DNA of 64,000 bases, from positions 388,392 to 452,391 of the forward strand of contig CAVUWA010000009.1 in assembly GCA_963744995.1 (NCBI GenBank), given 5' to 3'. Positions within the stretch are counted from its first letter, which is position 1, and every line of letters starts with the position of its first letter. This stretch comes from Candidatus Eiseniibacteriota bacterium. Lineage in GTDB: Bacteria; Eisenbacteria; RBG-16-71-46. Positions 20,889-28,584 of this stretch are shown piece by piece. The translations under genes were made by a program, and so were the position numbers. The notes beneath the pieces are model-generated. The model did no database searches. It was not told the DNA's origin and saw nothing but the letters and a program-made list of their open reading frames with translations.

Positions 20889-22303
20889 TGGCCGTCGACG
20901 CACGCCGGGTCGAAGCGATCGTCTCGCAGGTGCTGGAGCGCCTCGGGCAGGGCCCGGGCGCGGCGGGCGGCGCGAAACCGCTCGGCGTCCACGCTACGCT
21001 CGATGCCGCCGTGGCGGGCGCCCGCGCCGCCTACGAGGCGTTCGACCGGGTACCGCTCGCGACACGCCAGGCGATCATCGCCTCGATCCGCGAGGCGCTC
21101 TCGACCCAGTACCGCACGCTCGCCGAGATCGCGGTCCAGGAGACGGGGCTCGGGCGCGTCGAGGACAAGATCCTCAAGAATCGCCTGGTCACCGAGAAGA
21201 CCCCGGGCACCGAGGATCTCGAGCCGCTCGCATGGACCGGCGACCACGGGATGACGCTGCGCGAGCTCGCCCCGTACGGTCCGATCGCGGTGATCACTCC
21301 GGTCACCAACCCGAGCGAGACCGTCATCAACAACGGGATCTCGATGATCGCGGGCGGGAATACGGTCGTGCTCTGCCCGCATCCGAACGCGAAGCGGGTG
21401 TCGAACGTCACGGTGGATCTCATGAACCGTGCCGCCCTGCGCGCGGGGGCGGCGCTGCCTCTGCTGCACGCCGTCGAAGAGCCCTCGATCGAGGTGGCGA
21501 AGAAGCTGCTGCACTACCCGGGCATCCGGCTCAACGTGGTCACCGGCGGCCCGGCGGTGGTCAAGGAGGCGCTGTCGGCGCAGAAGAAGTCCATCACCGC
21601 CGGTCCCGGCAATCCGCCGGCGGTGGTCGACGAGACCGCGGACATCGAGAAGGCGGCGCGCGACATCGTCAACGGCGGCTCGCTCGACAACAACATCATC
21701 TGCACCGACGAGAAGGAAGTGATCGCCGTGGGTCTGATCGCCGACCGGCTGAAGGAGGCGTTCTCGCGCTCGGGCGCGATCGTCCTGCAGCCGCACCAGA
21801 TCGAGAAGCTGCGGCGCCTGATCCTCGAGAAGGAAAACGGCCCGCGCAAATACGCGGTCATCCAGCGCCGCTTCGTCGGCAAGAACGCCGACGTGATCCT
21901 GGCGGAGGCGGGCATCCCCTGCGATCCGGGGAAGCGCCTCGCCGTGTGCGAGGTCGATCACGATCACCCGTTCCTGTGGACCGAGCTGATGATGCCGGTG
22001 ATGGCGATGACCCGCGTGCGCACGGTCGACGAGGCGATCGACCTGGCGATCGAGGTCGAGCACGGCTTCCGTCACACCGCGTCGATGCACTCGCGCAACA
22101 TCGAGAAGCTGTCGAAGATGGCGCGGCTCTGCAACGCTTCGATCTTCGTGAAGAACGGCCCGAACTACGCCGGTCTCGGCTACGGCGGCGAGGGGCCGAC
22201 CAGTTTCACGATCGCGAGCCCCACCGGCGAAGGCATGACGACCGCCCGCAGCTTCACGCGCGTGCGTCGCTGCACGCTCGTCGACGCGTTCCGGATCGTG
22301 TGA
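20888..22303 (+). CDS. Aldehyde dehydrogenase, CoA-acylating EutE/PduP-like, with N-terminal encapsulation-peptide-like helix
   Basis: Predicted N-terminal amphipathic helix RRVEAIVSQVLERL followed by a G/P/A-rich linker. The catalytic core carries the NNIICTDEKEV catalytic-Cys region. ATGA overlap with the upstream BMC-P. Confidence 0.85.
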   Translation: MAVDARRVEAIVSQVLERLGQGPGAAGGAKPLGVHATLDAAVAGARAAYEAFDRVPLATRQAIIASIREALSTQYRTLAEIAVQETGLGRVEDKILKNRLVTEKTPGTEDLEPLAWTGDHGMTLRELAPYGPIAVITPVTNPSETVINNGISMIAGGNTVVLCPHPNAKRVSNVTVDLMNRAALRAGAALPLLHAVEEPSIEVAKKLLHYPGIRLNVVTGGPAVVKEALSAQKKSITAGPGNPPAVVDETADIEKAARDIVNGGSLDNNIICTDEKEVIAVGLIADRLKEAFSRSGAIVLQPHQIEKLRRLILEKENGPRKYAVIQRRFVGKNADVILAEAGIPCDPGKRLAVCEVDHDHPFLWTELMMPVMAMTRVRTVDEAIDLAIEVEHGFRHTASMHSRNIEKLSKMARLCNASIFVKNGPNYAGLGYGGEGPTSFTIASPTGEGMTTARSFTRVRRCTLVDAFRIV

Positions 22304-22854
22304 TGCACGTCGCCATTGCTGCCGTCGAGACCAGCAGCATCGCCCAGGGCGCCGTCGTGGGCGACGCCATGGTGAAGATGGCCGAGGTCGAGATCGTCGA
22401 GGCGAGCGTGCTCTCGCCCGGCAAGTACTGGGTGGTGATCGGCGGCGGTGTGGCGGAGGTGCGGGCCTCGCACGCGCGCGGCGTAGAGGTCGCCGCCGAC
22501 ACGCTCCTCGATTCGCTGCTGATTCCGCAGATCCACCCGATGGTGCTCGCGGCGGCGCGCGGCACGGTGCCGCGCGGCGACGCCGACGATGCGCTCGGCG
22601 TGATCGAGACGCTCAGCGCTTCGGCGGCGATCGTCGCCGCGGACGCTGCCGCCAAGGCGGCGCAGGTGACGTTGCGCGACCTGCGGCTCGCCAACGGGAT
22701 CGGCGGCAAAGGGGTCCTGTACCTGACCGGCGAGGTCAGCGAGGTACAGGCGGCGGTGGACGCCGGCCGCGAGGAAGCGCAACGCCGCGGGCTGCTGGCC
22801 CGCGCCGTTGTGATTCCGCGTCTGCACGGGCAGATGAAGGCGCGGATCCGCTAG
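22303..22854 (+). CDS. Tandem-domain BMC shell protein, BMC-T (PduT-like)
   Basis: Two BMC-like halves: IAAVETSSIAQGAVVGDAMVKMAEVEIV...LSPGKYWVVIGGGVAEV, and GVIETLSASAAIVAADAAAKAAQVTLRDLRLANGIGGKGVLYLTGEVSEVQAAV...VIPRLH. Collinear with PduT as recalled from memory. Confidence 0.75.
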   Translation: MHVAIAAVETSSIAQGAVVGDAMVKMAEVEIVEASVLSPGKYWVVIGGGVAEVRASHARGVEVAADTLLDSLLIPQIHPMVLAAARGTVPRGDADDALGVIETLSASAAIVAADAAAKAAQVTLRDLRLANGIGGKGVLYLTGEVSEVQAAVDAGREEAQRRGLLARAVVIPRLHGQMKARIR

Positions 22855-23129
22855 TGCAGTTCGCACGCGTCATCGGCACCGTGGTCTGCACGGTCCGGGT
22901 GCCCGCCTGGCGCGGCCATCGGATGCTGCTGGTCGAACCGACCGATTCGAGCGGCGCGGCCACCGGCGGACGTCCGCTCGTCGCGATCGACCTGGTCTCG
23001 GCGGCCCGGGGGCAGCGGGTGTTCTACGTGCGCGGCCGTGAGGCGGCCAACGCGCTGCCGGATCCGGACAACCCCGCCGACGCGGCCATCGTCGGCATCG
23101 TCGACGACGTGCTGGCGGAGAAACCCTGA
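22854..23129 (+). CDS. BMC vertex protein, BMC-P (second EutN/CcmL paralog)
   Basis: GTG overlaps the TAG stop. MQFARVIGTVVCTVRVPAWRGHRMLLVEP...VAIDLVSAARGQRVFYVRG. Confidence 0.8.
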   Translation: MQFARVIGTVVCTVRVPAWRGHRMLLVEPTDSSGAATGGRPLVAIDLVSAARGQRVFYVRGREAANALPDPDNPADAAIVGIVDDVLAEKP

Positions 23130-23410
23130 TGTTCCTCGCGCGCGTGGTCGGTCACGTCGTGGCGACGGTGAAGCACGCGGATCTCGACGCGCGGAAGCTC
23201 CTGCTGGTGCATCCGCTCCTCCCGGACGGGACGCCGACCGGGAGAGCGGTGATCGCCGTCGACGCGGTGGATGCGGGGCCGGGCGATCATGTCCTGGTCG
23301 CCGACGAGGGCAACTCCGCGGCGCAGGTGCTCAGGCGCCCGCGCGGCCCGATCCGCACGGTCGTGGTGGGCGTCGTGGACGCCGTGGAGACCGCTGCGGA
23401 CGGGGTCTGA
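23129..23410 (+). CDS. BMC vertex protein, BMC-P (third EutN/CcmL paralog)
   Basis: ATGA overlap. MFLARVVGHVVATVKHADLDARKLLLVHPL...AVDAVDAGPGDHVLVADEGNSA. Confidence 0.8.
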   Translation: MFLARVVGHVVATVKHADLDARKLLLVHPLLPDGTPTGRAVIAVDAVDAGPGDHVLVADEGNSAAQVLRRPRGPIRTVVVGVVDAVETAADGV

Positions 23411-23472
23411 GGGCGGGTTGCCCTCCATCCGGTAAAACGTGCTAGATTGTGCATTCGATCGAGGGTCTGGAC

Positions 23473-23679
23473 TTGCCGATCTACGAATACCGCTGCCGGG
23501 CCTGTTCCCGGCGCTACGAAAGCCTCGTCTCGCGAGCGGAAGCGGCCGCGCCGGAGTGTCCGTCTTGTCGTTCGACCGACGTGGAGCGGCTGCTGTCTGC
23601 GTTCTCCGTCGTCGGGTCCCATGCGAATCCGGCGCCGGGTCCGTGCGGCTCGCCTGATTGCGCCTGCCGCTCGAACTGA
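23473..23679 (+). CDS. FmdB family zinc-ribbon protein
   Basis: LPIYEYRCRACSRRYE...PECPSCRSTD has the CxxC...CxxC pattern typical of FmdB putative regulatory proteins. TTG start is uncertain; the ORF is open from 23449. Confidence 0.65.
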   Translation: MPIYEYRCRACSRRYESLVSRAEAAAPECPSCRSTDVERLLSAFSVVGSHANPAPGPCGSPDCACRSN

Positions 23680-23711
23680 AAACCGGGGGTCGACATCACA
23701 GGAGGTTCACC

Positions 23712-24017
23712 GTGACCAAAGCGGATTTGGTGGAGGAGATTTCGAGCAAGACGAGCATCTCCAGGAACCACACGGCGACCATCGTAGACCATCTGCTCGA
23801 GGCCATCGGTCTCGCGCTGACGGAAGGCAAGCATCTGGAGATCCGCGGATTCGGAACGTTCAAGGTGCGTGAGCGCCGGGCGCGCCGCGCCCGCAATCCG
23901 CGCAGCGGAACCGAAGTGCTCGTTCCCGCCAAGCTCGTGCCGGTGTTCAAGCCGAGCCGCGAGCTGAAGGCGCTGGTTCTGGATGGCGCGGAAACGCACG
24001 AAACGATCACTGGCTGA
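23712..24017 (+). CDS. HU/IHF family DNA-binding protein
   Basis: aggagg RBS. TKADLVEEISSKTSISRNHTATIVDHLLEAIGLALTEGKHLEIRGFGTFKVRERRARRARNPRSGTEVLVPAKLVPVFKPS. Confidence 0.85.
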   Translation: MTKADLVEEISSKTSISRNHTATIVDHLLEAIGLALTEGKHLEIRGFGTFKVRERRARRARNPRSGTEVLVPAKLVPVFKPSRELKALVLDGAETHETITG

Positions 24018-24040
24018 TTCACCACGAGCAGGGAGAACGA

Positions 24041-24136
24041 ATGGGTTCGGGAAAGAAGCGGAAGCGCAAGAAGATCGCCACCCACAAGCGGAAGAAGCGT
24101 CTTCGCAAGAACAGACACAAGAAGCGCATCCGTTAG
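24041..24136 (+). CDS. Small basic protein, probably ribosomal protein bS22 (31 aa); too short for the ORF track
   Basis: MGSGKKRKRKKIATHKRKKRLRKNRHKKRIR. Lys/Arg-rich 31-mer with an MGS N-terminus, as in actinobacterial and Bacteroidota bS22. gggaga RBS. Confidence 0.55.
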   Translation: MGSGKKRKRKKIATHKRKKRLRKNRHKKRIR

Positions 24137-24175
24137 GCCGCGCTTTCCGGAACGGGACCCCGCTCCCCGCATCAT

Positions 24176-24200
24176 CGGCCGCGCACTCCGTGTGCGCGGC
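24176..24200 (+). other. GC-rich hairpin (10 bp stem) between the bS22 ORF and the RNase gene, enclosing the predicted RNase GTG start
   Basis: ggccgcgcac/tccgt/gtgcgcggcc, read from sequence. Could be a terminator or a translational control hairpin. Confidence 0.4.
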
Positions 24201-25880
24201 CGATGGGTGTTTGATCCCGCGCGGCGCTGGCGCGGCGGTGTGGTGGAGCTGGAATGGCACGGTCGCCATTCCCCCGAGCACGGCGACTGGTGCGTTGCCG
24301 AGGTCGAGCCGGGCGGCACGGCGCAGCTCGTCGAGCTGCTCGGGGCCGAAGACCGGCCGGAGTGGGACGAGGCCGCGATCGTCTCGCAGTTCCGCCTGCG
24401 CAGCCGGTTCCCGAGGGCCGTGCTCGAGGAGACCGCGGCCCGGCACGAACCCACGGCGGCCGAAATCGCGCGTCGCGAGGACCTGCGTGACCGGCTGATC
24501 TTCACGATCGATCCGCACGACGCCCGCGATCACGACGACGCTCTTTCGGTGCGGGCGGCGGCAAACGGCCGGCTCGAAGTCGGAGTCCACATCGCCGACG
24601 TCTCGCACTACGTGCGGCGCGGCTCGGCACTCGATCGCGAGGCCGTGCGGCGCGGCACGAGCTGCTATCTGCCGGGCGGAGTGGTGCCGATGCTGCCCGA
24701 GCGACTGTCGGCCGACCTGTGCTCGCTGGTCCCCGGCCGCGATCGCCACGCGCTCTCCGTGTTCGCCGAGCTCGACCCCGACGGCACGCTGCAGCGCTAC
24801 CGTTTCGCCGAGACCGTGATCCGCAGCGCCCACCGGCTCTCCTACGAGGAGGTGCAGGCCGCGTTCGACGGGGCCGGCGATCTCGACGCGGGCCTGCTCG
24901 AGGCCTTGCAGACGCTGCGCATGCTCGCGCGGCGGCTGCGCGCCCGCCGCTTCGAGCACGGCGCGCTGGCGATCGAGGGTCAGGAGACGAAGGTGGAGGT
25001 CGACGCGAACGGGTATCCGGTGCGGATCGAGCGCCGGGTGCACCTCGAGAGCCATGAGTTGATCGAAGAGTTCATGCTGCTCGCCAACCGCATCGTCGGC
25101 CAGGAGGGGGCGCGCCGTGCCGCAGGCGTGCTCTACCGCGTCCACGAAGCGCCGTCGCCGCACCGGCTGCTGGAACTCGACCTCGCGCTCAAGGCGCTCG
25201 CGCTGCCGCGGCTCGGGCCGATGCCGGATCCGGCGAAGGCGCTGCAGACCCTGCTCGCGACCCGCCTGGACCCCGCGCACCGCGCCCTGCTGCACCGCAT
25301 GGTGCTGCGCTCGCTGCCGCGCGCCCGGTACCAGGAGCGCGACTACGGCCACTTCGGCCTCGCGACCCGCGAATACTGCCACTTCACCTCGCCGATCCGG
25401 CGCTATCCCGACCTCCACAACCATCGCCGCGTGCGCGAGTGGATCCGCGGGCAGAAGCCGGGGGCCTGGGATCCGGTGGCGCTCGCCGAGCTCGGCGTGC
25501 AGTGCAGCGCCACCGAACAGACGGCTACCGACGCCGAACGCGAGGCCGTCCGGGTGAAGGGATTGCGGCATCTCGAGGGGCGACTCGGGGACCGTGCATC
25601 GGGTATGATCACCGGCCTTGTCCCGCGCGGCTTCTTCGTGGAGCTTCACGACGTTCCGGTGGAAGGCTTCGTGCGCGTAGGGCAGGATCTCGACGATGCA
25701 TTCACGCTCGACGCGAGCGGCGTCCGCATGACGGGACGCCGCAGCCGCAAACGATTCGCGCTGGGCGACACGGTCGAAGTCACGATCGCTCGCGTGGACG
25801 TGCCGGCGCGCGAATGCGATCTTGCGCTGGTTCACCCGCGGCGGAGTTCCCGCCGCCGGCACCGAGGGAGGGTGGGATGA
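24192..25880 (+). CDS. RNB-family exoribonuclease (RNase II/R-like) with C-terminal S1 domain
   Basis: LIFTIDPHDARDHDDALSV RNB active-site motif. S1-like C-terminus GMITGLVPRGFFVELHDVPVEGFVRV. Confidence 0.85.
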   Translation: MRGRWVFDPARRWRGGVVELEWHGRHSPEHGDWCVAEVEPGGTAQLVELLGAEDRPEWDEAAIVSQFRLRSRFPRAVLEETAARHEPTAAEIARREDLRDRLIFTIDPHDARDHDDALSVRAAANGRLEVGVHIADVSHYVRRGSALDREAVRRGTSCYLPGGVVPMLPERLSADLCSLVPGRDRHALSVFAELDPDGTLQRYRFAETVIRSAHRLSYEEVQAAFDGAGDLDAGLLEALQTLRMLARRLRARRFEHGALAIEGQETKVEVDANGYPVRIERRVHLESHELIEEFMLLANRIVGQEGARRAAGVLYRVHEAPSPHRLLELDLALKALALPRLGPMPDPAKALQTLLATRLDPAHRALLHRMVLRSLPRARYQERDYGHFGLATREYCHFTSPIRRYPDLHNHRRVREWIRGQKPGAWDPVALAELGVQCSATEQTATDAEREAVRVKGLRHLEGRLGDRASGMITGLVPRGFFVELHDVPVEGFVRVGQDLDDAFTLDASGVRMTGRRSRKRFALGDTVEVTIARVDVPARECDLALVHPRRSSRRRHRGRVG

Positions 25881-26398
25881 CCCCGAAGAAGACGGCCCGC
25901 CGTGGCACGGAACGCCGGGAGATGCCGCGCGCCGATGCGCGTCTCAGCATGCGCCTGGAAGGCGAGCAGGACGAAGGCGCACGCACGCAGATCGTCACCG
26001 AGAGCCAGAACATCTCCTGCAGCGGCGTCTACTGTTATTCGTCCCACTTCCTCGCGCCGCTCTCGAAGGTCGACCTGACGATCGTCCTGCCGCAGATGCC
26101 CGACCGCAAGACGCGCCAGGAGCTGGTGAAATGCGAGGGGATCGTCGTGCGCTGCGAGGCGACGGCGTCGCGCAGCCCGGTGCGCCACTACGAGCTGGCC
26201 TGTATGTTCTCGGATCTCGATCCGGCTCAGCGCGAGCGCATCGAAGCGTTCGTGACGTGGCGCAACATTCAGGCGCTGCGGGCCGCGACGCGCACGGTGG
26301 GCGGCATGCGCACGGTGACGCGCCCGCGCGGCGGCGCAGCGGCCGGCACGGCACGCAAGTCGGCGCGCAAGAAGACGCCGCGCCGGGCGGCGCGATAG
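25877..26398 (+). CDS. PilZ domain protein (putative c-di-GMP receptor)
   Basis: ATGA overlap with the RNase stop. RxxxR-like ERREMPR and NISCSGVY (D/NxSxxG-like) motifs. Confidence 0.6.
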   Translation: MTPKKTARRGTERREMPRADARLSMRLEGEQDEGARTQIVTESQNISCSGVYCYSSHFLAPLSKVDLTIVLPQMPDRKTRQELVKCEGIVVRCEATASRSPVRHYELACMFSDLDPAQRERIEAFVTWRNIQALRAATRTVGGMRTVTRPRGGAAAGTARKSARKKTPRRAAR

Positions 26399-26448
26399 CC
26401 ACGTGCCGCCAGGCGCAGGCCCCGACGCCGGGCGAGCGTGACGCGCCG

Positions 26449-27777
26449 ATGATGCCGCGCCCGATCACCGTCCGGCCCGCCGCGCGGGTGGGTGGCACGT
26501 TCGAGCCCCCGGGCGACAAGTCGATCACGCACCGCGCCTACCTGCTCGCGCTGCTCGCGCACGGCGAGAGCGTGATCGAACGGCCGAATCCGGGCGCCGA
26601 CTGCGAGGCGACGCTCGCGGCGGTCACCGCACTGGGCGGCCACGTGTCGCGCACGGACGCAACGGTGCGGATCGGCGGCCGCGGCGACGCGCGGGTGGAG
26701 CCCGAGGGCGTCATCGACTGCGGCAACTCGGGGACCTCGCTGCGGCTGCTGGCCGGAGTGCTCGCCGCGCAGCCGGGCCTCGCGGTGCTCGACGGTGACG
26801 CCTCGCTCAGGCGGCGCCCCGTGGCGCGCATCGTGACGCCGCTGGTGCGCATGGGGGCATGGCTGGCCGCACGCGCGGGCGACCGGTTTCCGCCGCTGGT
26901 GATCCGCGGCGCGGCGCTGCGCGGCATCGCGTACGAGGCGCCGGTCGCGAGCGCTCAGGTGCAGAGCTGCGTGCTGCTCGCAGGTCTCGACGCCCGCGGC
27001 CGCACCTCGGTTGCGCTGCCGGGGCCGGCACGCGACCATACGCGGCGCATGCTGTCCGCGTTCGGAGTTCAGACGGAGGCGGCGCCCGCTGGCGCCGGCG
27101 AGCGCGTCGCGGTCGAGGGCCCGGCGCGGCTCTCGGGCACGGCGCTGCGCGTTCCCGGTGACTTTTCCGCCGCCGCGTTCTTCCTCGCCGCCGCCGCGGC
27201 GACCCCCGGCGCACGGGTCACCGCGGCGGGTGTGGGGCTCAATCCCACCCGCACCGGGCTGCTCGACGTGCTGGAGGCGATGGGCGCGCGGGTCGAGCGC
27301 AGCGCCCTGCGGGATGCCGCCGGCGAGCCGGTGGGCGACGTGAGCGTCGAGGGCCCGGAGGCGCTGCGGCCGTTCGACGTTCCTGCCGAGTGGCTGCCGC
27401 GGCTGCTGGACGAGGTGCCTGCGTGGGCGCTGGCCGCCGCCGCCGCCCGCGGCATCTCGCGCGTCAGCGGGGCCGCGGAACTGCGGGTCAAGGAGAGCGA
27501 CCGCCTGGCGGGGCTCGCCAGCGGGCTCGCGCGTCTGGGCATTGCGGTCGAAGAGGCGCAGGACGGTCTCGCGATCACCGGCGGGCAGGCCGCGGGAGGC
27601 CGCGTGAGCGCCGCCGGCGACCATCGGCTGGCCATGACGTTCGCGCTGTTCGGGCTGGGCGCCGCGGCGCCGGTGACCGTGGACGATGCGGCCGCGATCA
27701 CCACGTCCTATCCGGGCTTCGAGACCGAGCTGGCCGCGCTCGCGCCCGGCGCGCTCGACGCGGGAGCGCCGGCGTGA
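26449..27777 (+). CDS. aroA: 3-phosphoshikimate 1-carboxyvinyltransferase (EPSP synthase)
   Basis: PGDKSITHRAYLLALLA and DCGNSGTSLRLLAGVLA motifs. The listed long ORF extends upstream in the same frame, but ATG 26449 fits the family N-terminus. Confidence 0.9.
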   Translation: MMPRPITVRPAARVGGTFEPPGDKSITHRAYLLALLAHGESVIERPNPGADCEATLAAVTALGGHVSRTDATVRIGGRGDARVEPEGVIDCGNSGTSLRLLAGVLAAQPGLAVLDGDASLRRRPVARIVTPLVRMGAWLAARAGDRFPPLVIRGAALRGIAYEAPVASAQVQSCVLLAGLDARGRTSVALPGPARDHTRRMLSAFGVQTEAAPAGAGERVAVEGPARLSGTALRVPGDFSAAAFFLAAAAATPGARVTAAGVGLNPTRTGLLDVLEAMGARVERSALRDAAGEPVGDVSVEGPEALRPFDVPAEWLPRLLDEVPAWALAAAAARGISRVSGAAELRVKESDRLAGLASGLARLGIAVEEAQDGLAITGGQAAGGRVSAAGDHRLAMTFALFGLGAAAPVTVDDAAAITTSYPGFETELAALAPGALDAGAPA

Positions 27778-28469
27778 GCTTCGTCGTGACCATCGACGGC
27801 CCGGCTGCGGCCGGCAAGAGCACCACCGCGCGCGCGGTCGCGGCGCGCCTCGGCTTCGTCTACATCGACACGGGGGCGCTCTACCGGGCGCTGGCACTCA
27901 AGGTCCTCGACGAGGGTGTCTCGCCGGACGATCCGGACGCCGTGGAGACCGCGCTCGACGGCACCGAGCTCGATCTCTCCGGCTCGCCCGACACTCCGCA
28001 CGTGCGGCTCGACGGACGCGAGGTCACCGAGCAGATCCGGACGCCGGAGGTGAGCGAGATGGCGTCCCGGCTCGCCGCGCAGCGCGCCGTGCGGGCGCGG
28101 CTCGTGGACGTCCAGCGTGACCTCGCCGCGCACGGTCCGCTGATCGGCGAGGGGCGCGATCTCGGCACGGTCGTGTTTCCGGACGCCGAGGTGAAGATCT
28201 ATCTCGACGCCGATGCCGAGTCGCGCGCGCGGCGCCGGTACCGGGAGCTTCAGGAGCGCGGCATCCCGGTCCCGTTCGAGGACGTGCTGGCCGAGCTCGA
28301 GCGTCGCGACCGCCGCGACCGCGAACGTGCCGACAGCCCGCTGGCGGTTCCGCCCGACGCCCAGGTGATGGACACCACCGGGATGGACGTCGAGGAGCAG
28401 ATCCGCGGCGTGATGGACATCGTGCAGTCGCATCCGGCCTTCCCGGGCGTCGGGCGCGAGCCTGCATGA
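27774..28469 (+). CDS. cmk: Cytidylate kinase
   Basis: VTIDGPAAAGKSTTARAVAARLGFVYIDTGALYRA. GTGA overlap with aroA. Confidence 0.9.
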   Translation: MSFVVTIDGPAAAGKSTTARAVAARLGFVYIDTGALYRALALKVLDEGVSPDDPDAVETALDGTELDLSGSPDTPHVRLDGREVTEQIRTPEVSEMASRLAAQRAVRARLVDVQRDLAAHGPLIGEGRDLGTVVFPDAEVKIYLDADAESRARRRYRELQERGIPVPFEDVLAELERRDRRDRERADSPLAVPPDAQVMDTTGMDVEEQIRGVMDIVQSHPAFPGVGREPA

Positions 28470-28584
28470 CATTGTGCGGCAAGCCGTTCCGGGGCCGGGG
28501 CCGGAACCCGGCGAGCGGGCGGCCCGGGGCGCGGCGCCGGACCGGCCACGCAGCGCCGCGCCCCGTTTCAGGTTAGGAGATTTC

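Noticed and set aside
25822-27777. 651-aa ORF extending aroA upstream by about 210 codons, and 27390-28469 extending cmk
   Set aside because: The upstream extensions overlap the PilZ and aroA genes in other frames. The internal ATG or GTG starts fit family N-termini and operon overlaps.
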